A stretch of 64,000 nucleotides of DNA from a virus. The stretch's first letter is position 1. The number at the start of each line of letters is the position of its first letter. The stretch covers positions 43,943 through 107,942 of IMG/VR virus record IMGVR_UViG_3300042337_000070. The stretch is one strand, 5' to 3'. The notes under the pieces are model-generated. The model searched no databases, was not told the DNA's origin, and saw only the letters and a list, made by a program, of their open reading frames with translations. The position numbers were made by a program, and so were the translations under genes. This document shows positions 9,706-19,414 of the stretch, piece after piece.

Positions 9706-9734
9706 ATTATAAGGGAAAGATTTAGGAATTGCAA
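9706..9734 (-). promoter_or_regulatory. sigma70-type promoter for CobT-like gene
   Basis: TTGCAA-17-TATAAT. Confidence 0.65.
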
Positions 9735-9736
9735 GC

Positions 9737-9764
9737 AAAAAAAGAGGGGTAGTTAACCCCTCTT
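9737..9764 (-). terminator. Rho-independent terminator
   Basis: AAGAGGGGT-5-ACCCCTCTT followed by a U run on minus strand. Confidence 0.8.
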
Positions 9765-9776
9765 GAAATCAAGAAG

Positions 9777-10019
9777 TTACTGTTTAGTAGCAAGGAGAGA
9801 CTTGTTCTTTTCAAGAAAAGACTTAATCTTTTCCGCTTCCGAGAGAATCTGTTCCCACTGGGAACCATAAAGAGTCACAGGAAAGCGACCCATACCATAG
9901 AGAGATACAGCACCCTTCTGGGAGACCTTAAGAGTAAGAGGCTTCTTGGACTTGGCCTTAGTGACTTCGGCCTCAAGCTCAGCAATACGGGCGAGGAGGG
10001 CAGCATTCGTATCCGACAT
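9777..10019 (-). CDS. Small protein, coiled-coil plus beta-rich basic domain
   Basis: LKVSQKGAVSLYGMGRFPVTLY..QW; strong AAGGA RBS, own terminator. Confidence 0.7.
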   Translation of the reverse strand: MSDTNAALLARIAELEAEVTKAKSKKPLTLKVSQKGAVSLYGMGRFPVTLYGSQWEQILSEAEKIKSFLEKNKSLLATKQ

Positions 10020-10085
10020 TTGAGTTCCTTTCGTTTCAGCGACTATGGAAAGAGTATAGCGCAGGTGGAACGAAATGTCTTTGAC

Positions 10086-10220
10086 TTAAATCAAATCCTT
10101 GTCGTTTTTTGGTGCGACAACATGTCGCAGCCTGAGATCCTTAGTAGTCCAATAGTATAGTGAAGCAAGTGTCCAGACTACACTGAAAACCGCAAGAGAA
10201 ATCCAAGTAGCCTCAAACAT
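10086..10220 (-). CDS. Small single-TM protein (44 aa)
   Basis: Manual ORF MFEATWISLAVFSVVWTLASLYYW... Confidence 0.45.
   Translation of the reverse strand: MFEATWISLAVFSVVWTLASLYYWTTKDLRLRHVVAPKNDKDLI
10113..10129. promoter_or_regulatory. Palindrome TGCGACA-N3-TGTCGCA (operator candidate)
   Basis: Perfect 7-3-7 inverted repeat ~95 bp upstream of the 80-aa gene. Confidence 0.4.
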
Positions 10221-10264
10221 ATAATAATAGTCCCAAAGTTTATTGAAATTGAAATACTGCACTT

Positions 10265-11887
10265 TTACTTAACCTTTCTGAAAACGAAAACCGGTTCATA
10301 TTTGAGCATGATCTTTTTACCATTATTCTCAATCTGACAAAAGTTTTTCATTTTACCTTCTAGGATTGTTTCTCTCTCTTCCTCACCGGTTAGTGGGTTG
10401 ATTGTAACTGTCTCGCCTGTTTCGACCATTCGATTACCACCAGGCATCTGAGCAAGTGCCATCTTTAGAGTTGTAACATACTCCATACCTAGTTCTTTTA
10501 AAATGTTACAAGAATCTTCTTCTAGAGGCAGAAGATTGTTATCAAATGCAGCATCAGCAATATTCCAGAGAAGATAACGATCCTTTCTCAAATATCTAAC
10601 GGCAGTCTCTAGAGTAGGTCTTAGAAATCCATCAACCCAATCTGCATACTGAGAAAACTTATGACAAGATTGTTCGGGATCATCAGAGTAAACTTCCTTA
10701 GCAAAATAAGGAGGTGAGGTAAACACTAGATCGAGTTTACCTTCATATTTCTGAAATCCTGGTTGAAACTGTGCCATTTCAGATCCACACTGAAAAATTT
10801 CATATGTGTGTGACTTCGGGAACAGACTTCCAGATTCTCTAACCTGTTCATTGAAGAAATCGGCCACTTCATGATATTTGGTTCGACCCGAATGGGTGTT
10901 ATGATCGGTGTTAGGATCTGTACCTATGTAATGTATGTTGCGTTTATCATCCACTGACATAGCACCAACGATGCGGCCTGCCCATCCTGAGGAAGGATCC
11001 CATATATTGATCTGGTCCTGATCCCTGATGTGATCGGTAAAACGCTCATAAAGATAACGAGCGGTGAGAGGTGGAAAGTTGACCGCATACTGACAGAAGG
11101 ACACACGGAATGATTTGAGACCCATAGGGAACACTTTCTGTCCACGCTTAAAGAGCCGAATGTTGTATTTCATCGATCTATTAGGATTGACATTTGTGAT
11201 GGTTCTTTCTGCTTGCTTGATAGCAAAGGTGTAGTCAACAATAACGTTCTGTTTTTTACCCAAGGTGGCAGAGTACCCAGTGTATTGCTTGTCCTCTTTG
11301 ACAGGACAAAACCAATAGTCCCACTCATCAGATTTCAATTCTTCCATTTTAGCAACAAACTGTTCGGATGATTCGACAGAGAATGTTGAGTTACCAATCT
11401 TAACAACATCTCCGAATGAGATTGGTGTTGAGTGATGATAGAATGAGTCTCTTTTGAAATGCCTTGAAGCATATGTAATAAAGGTTTCTAGATATGCGTC
11501 ATCGGCGAAATAGTCATAGATCGACTTAGACTTACCCTTTGTCGAATATGAAATGCCTGTCTTCATCATGGTCGGGAACCACTGATTGACAGCATTACCT
11601 ACTATAGAGGTATTACGAATAACATCTTTCTCACCCGTGCGAAGATCGACTGTCTCAAACTCATGCACAGGGAAGCCAACCATCTTTTGAAAGTTATCAA
11701 TGATACCTTCTTTATTAAATCCTACTCTTGGAGGAATGCCTTTGTTATCCCATAGATTGACTACGGTTTTTCGTAGGTCGATCACCCATTGACGAAATTC
11801 AACCTCATTCATCCATAACAGTTCCTCAAATGTCTTATTGACATGCGAGTTTAGGAGTTCATCGTTTCTTTCATAGAACCATTGCAT
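10265..11887 (-). CDS. Amino (N4C/N6A) DNA methyltransferase-like protein
   Basis: SAM motif I WDPSSGWAGR, YIGTDPN, catalytic motif IV FTSPPYF. Confidence 0.8.
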   Translation of the reverse strand: MQWFYERNDELLNSHVNKTFEELLWMNEVEFRQWVIDLRKTVVNLWDNKGIPPRVGFNKEGIIDNFQKMVGFPVHEFETVDLRTGEKDVIRNTSIVGNAVNQWFPTMMKTGISYSTKGKSKSIYDYFADDAYLETFITYASRHFKRDSFYHHSTPISFGDVVKIGNSTFSVESSEQFVAKMEELKSDEWDYWFCPVKEDKQYTGYSATLGKKQNVIVDYTFAIKQAERTITNVNPNRSMKYNIRLFKRGQKVFPMGLKSFRVSFCQYAVNFPPLTARYLYERFTDHIRDQDQINIWDPSSGWAGRIVGAMSVDDKRNIHYIGTDPNTDHNTHSGRTKYHEVADFFNEQVRESGSLFPKSHTYEIFQCGSEMAQFQPGFQKYEGKLDLVFTSPPYFAKEVYSDDPEQSCHKFSQYADWVDGFLRPTLETAVRYLRKDRYLLWNIADAAFDNNLLPLEEDSCNILKELGMEYVTTLKMALAQMPGGNRMVETGETVTINPLTGEEERETILEGKMKNFCQIENNGKKIMLKYEPVFVFRKVK

Positions 11888-12857
11888 TCAACATTCCTTC
11901 AAACTGTTCGTAATACTGATTAGGTGTTTTGATACGTTCAAACAATTTTTCTTTAACAGCATCAAACTTAGAGTTACTACTATCATACTTCAATTCATTA
12001 AATTTGTCAACATATTCTTGATACGATCCTATCCGTTGCCAATTACTGGCAACGAAGTTATCAGAAGAGTCATAATCTTGCCAGACAAACGGATAAACAC
12101 CACATGATACCGCTTCAATATACCTAGCCGTTGTTGCTTTGTTGTCCATCCAGTTAAAGCAAAGAGTCGATTTAGCGGATAGTAGATAAGGAATAAGATC
12201 AATCATCTTCATCCACTTCTCATCTCTCTTAAAACCGTGAAAGCGTCCAATGAAAATGGCATTCATATTATTCTTATAAATCTCTTTTAGAATAGTGTGT
12301 CGTTGGTCACCTGATAGTTTACCATCAACGGTCTTACGCTTGTCTGATCCCCAATAGATAAAGTCAACGAAACGGTCAGTCTCAAACAACCGTGTCTGAT
12401 CCTTGATAAAGTGATACTTCATACCGTGAATGTTGCCGTCAAAGTCACATTCATCAATCGTTTGATATGAGATATCGAGTCCAGGAAACACTTTTGTGCG
12501 ATACAGTTCCTCATCATCTCGTCTATCGGAACGTAGAATGATAACTTTTTTACCATTTATGAAAGGCTTGATCAGGTCTAAATGTTCATTTGATCTTTTA
12601 AGATCAAGTGTATGAATTGCCCCAGGGATCCAATATGTAAACTCTGCCTCAGAAGGAATGATGATAATGTCCGCATTCTTGATAGCATCTATATCACGCT
12701 TGGGTTTCATGTTAAAACCAAAGTTGTAGTAATACCATTCATGCTCAGAATGCCTATTAACATACATTCTAAGCAATTCGAAGAACGAATCCATAATGTG
12801 GTGTAAAGGTTCGACATAGTTTGCCGAACTTCGAAGTCGAGCTATACAAATCTTCAT
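11871..12857 (-). CDS. GT-B glycosyltransferase resembling T4 beta-glucosyltransferase
   Basis: MKICIA start, DFIYWGS...SGDQR (cf. BGT DVIYGGSFRSGQR), TARYIEAVSCG; ~330 aa. Confidence 0.55.
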   Translation of the reverse strand: MKICIARLRSSANYVEPLHHIMDSFFELLRMYVNRHSEHEWYYYNFGFNMKPKRDIDAIKNADIIIIPSEAEFTYWIPGAIHTLDLKRSNEHLDLIKPFINGKKVIILRSDRRDDEELYRTKVFPGLDISYQTIDECDFDGNIHGMKYHFIKDQTRLFETDRFVDFIYWGSDKRKTVDGKLSGDQRHTILKEIYKNNMNAIFIGRFHGFKRDEKWMKMIDLIPYLLSAKSTLCFNWMDNKATTARYIEAVSCGVYPFVWQDYDSSDNFVASNWQRIGSYQEYVDKFNELKYDSSNSKFDAVKEKLFERIKTPNQYYEQFEGMLNAMVL

Positions 12858-13660
12858 CCTGCTACATTCCATACTAAACACGGGTCTTTTCGGGAGTGTC
12901 CTCCGTGATATTCTTTCATCACATGCCACACTTTTGCGTCATAGGTAGGTGCAGAAGGGTATGGCGTCACATGTTCTTTCTTCACTGGCTTATCAAACTT
13001 GTAAGGCGAACGGTGATAGATTGCTCGCCCAATTTCTCTGGGTGTCATTGTATGACCTACAGAGACGACATGAACCTCTGCATCAGGCCAGGCTAGCTGC
13101 AATGCTCTTGTGAGAGTGCCGCTTGATCCTACGGACCATACTTCTCGGGGAGAAATGGGTAGAGAACGAGCAACACGAATGAGACAAGCAATAGAAGTAG
13201 GATGTTCAACACCAATCGGCAAGAGGGATCTTGTGTCAGGTGATTCTGCAACATAGTCTTTTGCACGCTTTTGGGTAACAGGAAGCATTCCATTAGGTAC
13301 CCAATGATAAGTTGCTCCAAGTTCAATGCCTCGTTGTTGGTATTCATGCAGTTTATCCATTGATCTTTCTGCCATGAAGATCACGGCTTTTTTGTTATAG
13401 CGATTACAAATAAAGGGGAGAGAGATTTGTGCATATCCGGTAGCAGGTGATGATCCATACACCCACTCTTGTATGTTTGCATACTCAGGTGCATGACCAA
13501 TCAGATAGTCACCTGCTCTTGCTTTAGACCCAACAGAAAGAAGGTCATCCCGAACAACGTGATAACCTTCATGCTCTGTTATTACTGGTGGGGGATTGGG
13601 GTCAACCCAATTGCCGATAAGGCTTAGATAGTCTTCTGCTGTTTCATTGAATAATGTCAT
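12854..13660 (-). CDS. PLP-dependent enzyme, fold type II
   Basis: VVRDDLLSVGSKAR (PLP Lys), SVGSSGT Gly loop, YDAK, LVWNV. Confidence 0.75.
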   Translation of the reverse strand: MTLFNETAEDYLSLIGNWVDPNPPPVITEHEGYHVVRDDLLSVGSKARAGDYLIGHAPEYANIQEWVYGSSPATGYAQISLPFICNRYNKKAVIFMAERSMDKLHEYQQRGIELGATYHWVPNGMLPVTQKRAKDYVAESPDTRSLLPIGVEHPTSIACLIRVARSLPISPREVWSVGSSGTLTRALQLAWPDAEVHVVSVGHTMTPREIGRAIYHRSPYKFDKPVKKEHVTPYPSAPTYDAKVWHVMKEYHGGHSRKDPCLVWNVAG

Positions 13661-13833
13661 TTCCACCGTTCTTTAATTTCATTAACACGATCAACCATAA
13701 AGGATTCTAGAATCTCACGGACGTTATCATATTTAGGATTCGTTTTAACGTTATGCAAATCTAGAGTGTATGCTGTCAGGATAATCTGTTCATGTGAATA
13801 ATGATGCGTCTTGTGTGGATTAGTTTTTTCCAT
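13657..13833 (-). CDS. Hypothetical protein (58 aa)
   Basis: Manual ORF MEKTNPHKTHHYSHEQII..., GGAGA RBS, ATGA overlap. Confidence 0.55.
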   Translation of the reverse strand: MEKTNPHKTHHYSHEQIILTAYTLDLHNVKTNPKYDNVREILESFMVDRVNEIKERWK

Positions 13834-13930
13834 ACTGCTTTCTCCAGAGATAATTGTTAAGGTATACGACTACTCCCACAATACCATCAACAAATCTACT
13901 ATTCCAAAACCAGTGGTTATATCTTGTCAT
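13820..13930 (-). CDS. Hypothetical peptide (36 aa)
   Basis: Manual ORF MTRYNHWFWNSRFVDG..., AGGAG RBS. Confidence 0.45.
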   Translation of the reverse strand: MTRYNHWFWNSRFVDGIVGVVVYLNNYLWRKQYGKN

Positions 13931-13931
13931 G

Positions 13932-14195
13932 TTACACTCCTGCTAATGTTTTGCTAATCATACCAACAAGGTATATCATAACAACAACAACCTGAACTGT
14001 GATGATTGACCACTTTCTCCACATAAGAGCAACGACCAACCATCCCAGATTACCGATTATAGACACATACACATTTAGTGGATGCACATTCCATGCGGTT
14101 AGTGCTACACCTACTATCAATACTGTGGTAGATGCCCATTCAATATAAAATTCAACTTGCTTCGTCACTTTCGTTTCCCATCTGATATAAACCAT
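13932..14195 (-). CDS. Small 3-TM membrane protein (start possibly GTG 14168)
   Basis: Hydrophobic helices, EWASTT...P.N.Y...GNLGW. Confidence 0.65.
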   Translation of the reverse strand: MVYIRWETKVTKQVEFYIEWASTTVLIVGVALTAWNVHPLNVYVSIIGNLGWLVVALMWRKWSIITVQVVVVMIYLVGMISKTLAGV

Positions 14196-14239
14196 TCCAA
14201 AGAATGTCTAGGTTATAGACGAAGTAACCAAAAGGAGTA

Positions 14240-14533
14240 TTAAGTATTGTCATCATCATTGTCCTCCATCATTTTTCTAAAGTCAAAGTTAGGATCGAGT
14301 CCAATATCTGATAGACGATCTAGCATGTTATTTATGTTGAAATCGATAATGGCTTCACGAATCATGGAGTTGACTCTCTGACCACTTACCAGATCAAACT
14401 CTACCATAATCTCGCTGGTGCAAGCCAAACGCTCCATAATTCCTTTTGCGCTCGGTGCCCAAACAAAAGGAATCTCACCACTATCCATCATTCGCTCCGC
14501 TCTAGCCATTGCTCGGATGATTTCTCTATTCAT
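14240..14533 (-). CDS. Hypothetical protein
   Basis: ORF with AGGAG RBS and own promoter. Confidence 0.7.
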   Translation of the reverse strand: MNREIIRAMARAERMMDSGEIPFVWAPSAKGIMERLACTSEIMVEFDLVSGQRVNSMIREAIIDFNINNMLDRLSDIGLDPNFDFRKMMEDNDDDNT

Positions 14534-14558
14534 TTGTTTTCTCCTATTAACGGTGACC

Positions 14559-14587
14559 AGTATAGAGCATCATTCATCTTTTGTCAA
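14559..14587 (-). promoter_or_regulatory. sigma70-type promoter driving the small-ORF/modification cluster
   Basis: TTGACA-17-TATACT. Confidence 0.7.
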
Positions 14588-16291
14588 GACAGAAAAGTTT
14601 TTTACCTTTTCAAACTTAAGGATTCTTTGAAAACGATCTAACATGGTATCCTTGTGAGAGATAACGAAGATATTGGTTCCTTTGTCTCCCATCTCCCACA
14701 TAATTTTAATGAACTCGTCAATACCAGTTGTATCCATTGCTCTATCCAAGATTTCATCAAACACTAAGATGTTGACGTTTACCGAGTTTTTAAGTTTAGC
14801 AATCTGACGCCATGTTAGGAGAATCGCAAGGTCAATTCGCAGTTTCTCGCCTTCACTGAAATTGTGGTAACTAAACTCGTCTCTGTAACGTGACTTGATA
14901 CTTTCCTCGAAAGATTCGTTGATATTGAAATTGACGAAGAAACCAAGTTTCGCCAGATACTTGTTAATGTGCTTGTTGATAATAGGAAGATACTGCTTGA
15001 TGATCTTCGTTTTAATGCCACCGTCTTTAAGGAGTGTGCTGGCCAGGTCGATGTATTGACGCTCATCTAAAAAGGTCTTCTTCTCTTCTTCGAGGGTGGA
15101 AAGATCATGTTCGACCTCGGAGAGTTGTCGTTCTGACTCTTGGATAGTTTTGTCTGATGTTGCGAAGTTTTCAATCTGCTCCACAACTTGTGAAAGATTA
15201 TGACGCAGATTGTTATAGGAAGACTTAGAAGACGAAACTTCCAACCGAAGTTTGTTGATTTGGACGACGATTTTTTCAATGGCATCAATCTCTAATAAGA
15301 CAGAATCAATTTGTTGTTCAACCTTATTTAGTCCTTCACTAAGTTCATGAATTTTAGCATGACCATCATCAACCATGCTCTTAGCAAACTCTGGGTTGAT
15401 TTCTTGACGACAGGTTGGACAATTACCACTTTCCGCAAAGAAGTCAATATCTTTAACATGCTTGTCACGATTGGCTTCCATCTTAGCACGAAAACCTAGT
15501 AGTTTTGAATGCTTGGACTTTAGAGGTGACAAATCGATGTTCTGATCTAACACAGTTTCGAGAGCGGATTCATGTTGTAGAACGATGCTCTTTTGTGTGT
15601 TTAGTTGATCTAATAAAGATGCTTCCTTACTTTTCAATTCAGCCAACTTCTCTTCGCTATTTGCTCTAAGAGAGGCAAGCGTTCTTTCAATGTAAGACTT
15701 ATTGTCAACCTTACTAGAAAGTTGAACACGATTACGTTCCAAGTTCTCACGATTGACCTGTAGTTTGTTTTTTACAACAGTTGACATAGCAGTGAAGATT
15801 TGAATGTCCAACAAATCTTCAATCACAGATCGTCTATCGTTTGCAGATAGCTGCATGAATGGAACAAACGATGCTGAACCAAGAATGACAACCTGCGTAA
15901 AAGATTTGTAGTTCATACGAAGAATGTTCTTCTCCAAATGCTCTTGATAATCTTTAGCCGCAGCATCTTGATTGATCATAACACCATCGATATAGATTTG
16001 AAAGACATTAGGCTTGACACCACGAATGACTTTATATCGATGGTTGTTAATGGTAAACTCTATTTCGGTCACACAGTTCTTACCGTTAATTGAGTTAACT
16101 ACGTTACCTTTGTTCACCTTACGAAATGGCTTACCAAAAAGCACAAAGCACAGGGCGTCAAGCACTGTTGACTTCCCTGCGCCGTTGTGACCCATAATCA
16201 ACGTGTTCTTATGGGAGTCTAGTTCAATTTCAGTAAACACATTTCCAGATGATAGGAAGTTTTTATATCTTATCACATGGAATGTAATCAT
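14570..16291 (-). CDS. 46: Recombination endonuclease ATPase subunit gp46 (Rad50/SbcC-like)
   Basis: GHNGAGKS, CPTC zinc hook, FSEGEK signature, VFDE, ISH. Confidence 0.97.
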   Translation of the reverse strand: MITFHVIRYKNFLSSGNVFTEIELDSHKNTLIMGHNGAGKSTVLDALCFVLFGKPFRKVNKGNVVNSINGKNCVTEIEFTINNHRYKVIRGVKPNVFQIYIDGVMINQDAAAKDYQEHLEKNILRMNYKSFTQVVILGSASFVPFMQLSANDRRSVIEDLLDIQIFTAMSTVVKNKLQVNRENLERNRVQLSSKVDNKSYIERTLASLRANSEEKLAELKSKEASLLDQLNTQKSIVLQHESALETVLDQNIDLSPLKSKHSKLLGFRAKMEANRDKHVKDIDFFAESGNCPTCRQEINPEFAKSMVDDGHAKIHELSEGLNKVEQQIDSVLLEIDAIEKIVVQINKLRLEVSSSKSSYNNLRHNLSQVVEQIENFATSDKTIQESERQLSEVEHDLSTLEEEKKTFLDERQYIDLASTLLKDGGIKTKIIKQYLPIINKHINKYLAKLGFFVNFNINESFEESIKSRYRDEFSYHNFSEGEKLRIDLAILLTWRQIAKLKNSVNVNILVFDEILDRAMDTTGIDEFIKIMWEMGDKGTNIFVISHKDTMLDRFQRILKFEKVKNFSVLTKDE

Positions 16292-16292
16292 A

Positions 16293-18080
16293 TCAATATT
16301 CTCTTGTTGGCTTCTTCCCTACTAATAGATCCTTGATTTCTTGACCTGTTAGAGTTTCATATTCTAGCAGACCTTGTGCTAGTGTGTCAAGGTCTTTTCT
16401 CTTTTCGGTTAGAATCTTCTTTGCCATGGTATATCCTTCCTCGACGAGGCGCTTGATTTCCATATCGACAATCTTTTGTGTCTCTTCGGCAATCTTAGCA
16501 GAATGAAATACATCAGCATTTGGTTCTGTATAAGCCATACGTCCTAGAAGTGGTGAGAAACCTAGCTGAGTAACCATTGCTCTTGCGAGTTTAGTTGCTT
16601 GCTGAATATCTCCTGCGGCGCCAGATGTAACTCTATGTTCACCAAAAATGATTTCTTCTGCTACACGTCCACCCATAGCCATAGCAAGTTGAGCAATCAT
16701 TTCTTCGTAAGACTGTGAGATTTGGTCACGATCTGGAATTGATTGAACCATACCCAATGCTCGTCCACGTGGTATGATAGTTGCCTTATGAATTGGGATC
16801 GAGCCAGTCATGTTGATAGAAACGAGAGCATGACCACCTTCATGATATGCTGTCATCTTCTTTTCATCATCAGTCATAAGAAGCGTTCTGTGTTCGGCGC
16901 CCATCATGATCTTATCACGGGCATCTTCAAATTCTTGAAGTGTAACAATCCGCTTTGAACGGCGAGCGGCAAGCAATGCTGCCTCATTAACAAGATTTGC
17001 TAGATCGGCGCCAGAAAAGCCAGGTGTTCCCTTTGCGACAGTTCTAATATCAACATCAGGTCCAATTGGAACTTTGCGTGTGTGAACTTTTAGAATCTTC
17101 TCACGACCAACAAAGTCTGGATTAGGAACTTGAACCTGTCTATCGAAACGACCTGGACGAGTTAGGGCTTTATCTAGAACATCTACACGATTGGTAGCAG
17201 CAATGACGATAACACCTTCGTTATCATTGAATCCGTCCATTTCTACTAGCATTGCGTTTAGAGTTTGATCACGTTCGTCATTACCACCCATACCTGTAGC
17301 TCTTGATCGACCAACGGCGTCAATCTCATCAATGAAGACAATGCAAGGTGCATTCTTCTTTGCTTGATCAAACATATCTCTAACTCTAGATGCACCAACA
17401 CCAACAAACATTTCTACGAAGTCTGATCCAGAAATACTAAAGAAAGGAACACCTGCTTCACCAGCAACTGCCCTAGCTAGAAGAGTTTTACCTGTGCCAG
17501 GAGGACCAACGAGCAATACACCCTTTGGAATTTTACCACCAAGACGTTCAAACTTTTGTGGATTTTGTAAAAACTCTACAACTTCCTGCAAGTCTTCTTT
17601 TGCTTGATCAACACCAGCAACATCTTCAAATGTCTTTAGTGTAGAAGACTCAGTAAGCAGTTTTGCTTTTGACTTACCCATACCCATCATTCCACCAGGA
17701 CCACCGGCCGAACGGCGAGATAGCCACACCCATAGACCAAAGAATAGAAATACTGGTAGAAGATTAATAAGTAGATTTGTCCAGAATGATGCTTCTGTGT
17801 TATCAGCCTTAACAGTAATATTAACCTTGTGTTCTTCTAACTTAGGTAGAAGAGAAGAAAGGCCAGCAACGGTAGTTCTAAACTCTCTGTTGTCTGCGTT
17901 AAAGTGTCCTGTTAGCTGATTTCCTGCTACATAAACATCATGAACGTTGTTGCGTTCAACCTGACCGAGAAAGTCGGAATAACTAATTTCATTTGTTAGT
18001 TTGTGTTCGCCTGGCATAGCCATCCAATACAGGGCTACGGCCACAGCGAAAAAGATTATAATAGGTAACGTTTTCTTCAT
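16293..18080 (-). CDS. ftsH: ATP-dependent zinc metalloprotease FtsH
   Basis: Two TM helices, [15 protein letters not shown] pore loop, IVFIDE, TNR..LD.AL.RPGRFDR, HEGGH, GRVAEE, GA..D. Confidence 0.97.
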   Translation of the reverse strand: MKKTLPIIIFFAVAVALYWMAMPGEHKLTNEISYSDFLGQVERNNVHDVYVAGNQLTGHFNADNREFRTTVAGLSSLLPKLEEHKVNITVKADNTEASFWTNLLINLLPVFLFFGLWVWLSRRSAGGPGGMMGMGKSKAKLLTESSTLKTFEDVAGVDQAKEDLQEVVEFLQNPQKFERLGGKIPKGVLLVGPPGTGKTLLARAVAGEAGVPFFSISGSDFVEMFVGVGASRVRDMFDQAKKNAPCIVFIDEIDAVGRSRATGMGGNDERDQTLNAMLVEMDGFNDNEGVIVIAATNRVDVLDKALTRPGRFDRQVQVPNPDFVGREKILKVHTRKVPIGPDVDIRTVAKGTPGFSGADLANLVNEAALLAARRSKRIVTLQEFEDARDKIMMGAEHRTLLMTDDEKKMTAYHEGGHALVSINMTGSIPIHKATIIPRGRALGMVQSIPDRDQISQSYEEMIAQLAMAMGGRVAEEIIFGEHRVTSGAAGDIQQATKLARAMVTQLGFSPLLGRMAYTEPNADVFHSAKIAEETQKIVDMEIKRLVEEGYTMAKKILTEKRKDLDTLAQGLLEYETLTGQEIKDLLVGKKPTREY

Positions 18081-18091
18081 AATACAGATCC

Positions 18092-19168
18092 TTATACTGT
18101 TTCAACTTGAAGGGCTTCATTATACACATCGATCATGAATTTTTTCATCTTAGCATTTTCTAATGGCAATGTCAACCCATCAATATACTTTTTAAGAATG
18201 GTAACGGTATCTTCCGCTTCATCAATTTCCGAATCTTCCTCATTGTCTATCATGATGGTCGGATCTTCGACTATCTGAATATCTAAAGGTCCTGTTTTGT
18301 AAATTGAATCGAAAAGAAGATCGAAAGCATAAGGGTTGCTTTTGTTTATGACAACAATTTTTACATAGCAATTTTTATACTTACTGAAATCCGTTTGTTG
18401 AATCTTCTCTACAATGTTAGGGTTAGCAACATCATCATACTTTGCTATCTTAAACATTTTAGATGGATTCTGAATAAACTCTAGTCTTCTATTTTCAGTA
18501 TCCAGGACACTAAACCCTCTAGGGTCTCCATAATCGTGCCAAGTATATTCACCAAGGGCGCCAATATAAGTGATATTACCAATTGTAGAACGATGGTGAT
18601 AGTGGCCAGAATAAACAGCCTCAAAATTTTCAAAAAGTTTACGATCAAGTCCATGGTCTGATATCAATCCTCTATGCATTGTAAAACCGTTCAATTCAAG
18701 ATGTCCCATGCAAATAGGTGCTTTAGGATTCTTGATTGCTTCATAGGCTTCCTGACGATTAGAGTCAGTGATCCAAGGCATTAGTTGGATATCAAGCCCA
18801 TCAATATTGATAAGAGTAGGTGTGCTATAAGTTCTAATGTGCTTATAACGCCCCACGATAATCTCGTCTAGGGCGTTGACCTCGTGGGTGTCTTTATAAT
18901 AAGAATCATGATTTCCTTGAATGATGTGAGTTTCAACACCTCGTCTCTCCAATGGTTCAAGGAAATCTTCCCGAAGTCGTTTGGCAGACATGAAGTTGAT
19001 ATACTTGCGGCGGTCATAGATATCACCAAGATGAATAACATTCTTGATATTGTTAGCATCAATGTAATCAATGAACCATTGCCAACACTTCTTTTGATAC
19101 TGCTGAAATGCAGGATTGTCATTCCTAACACCAGCATGTGTATCTGTAGGCATTGCGATCAGCGCCAT
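18092..19168 (-). CDS. 47: Recombination endonuclease nuclease subunit gp47 (Mre11/SbcD-like)
   Basis: [25 protein letters not shown]. Confidence 0.96.
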   Translation of the reverse strand: MALIAMPTDTHAGVRNDNPAFQQYQKKCWQWFIDYIDANNIKNVIHLGDIYDRRKYINFMSAKRLREDFLEPLERRGVETHIIQGNHDSYYKDTHEVNALDEIIVGRYKHIRTYSTPTLINIDGLDIQLMPWITDSNRQEAYEAIKNPKAPICMGHLELNGFTMHRGLISDHGLDRKLFENFEAVYSGHYHHRSTIGNITYIGALGEYTWHDYGDPRGFSVLDTENRRLEFIQNPSKMFKIAKYDDVANPNIVEKIQQTDFSKYKNCYVKIVVINKSNPYAFDLLFDSIYKTGPLDIQIVEDPTIMIDNEEDSEIDEAEDTVTILKKYIDGLTLPLENAKMKKFMIDVYNEALQVETV

Positions 19169-19206
19169 AACTTTTCCTTCATATCCATGTAAAGATTCAT
19201 ACTCAC

Positions 19207-19235
19207 AGTATATACTAGAAAAATGATCTCGTCAA
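19207..19235 (-). promoter_or_regulatory. sigma70-type promoter for gp47-ftsH-gp46
   Basis: TTGACG-17-TATACT. Confidence 0.65.
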
Positions 19236-19414
19236 TCTTTTTTGGTAGCCACTTTATAGGTTTCAAGTTCTGACTCTCTAAGCCATCCGAGACTAATCAT
19301 CCTTCTCATGATCTTCTCTTTATCATTAGGATTAATAGGAACTGGCTCTACAACTTTATCACAGAACCATTCTATATTTCTATCTACCTCAGCTACGAAA
19401 TCATCAATGTCCAT
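19232..19414 (-). CDS. Hypothetical protein
   Basis: 60 aa, TAATG coupling to upstream ORF. Confidence 0.6.
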   Translation of the reverse strand: MDIDDFVAEVDRNIEWFCDKVVEPVPINPNDKEKIMRRMISLGWLRESELETYKVATKKD

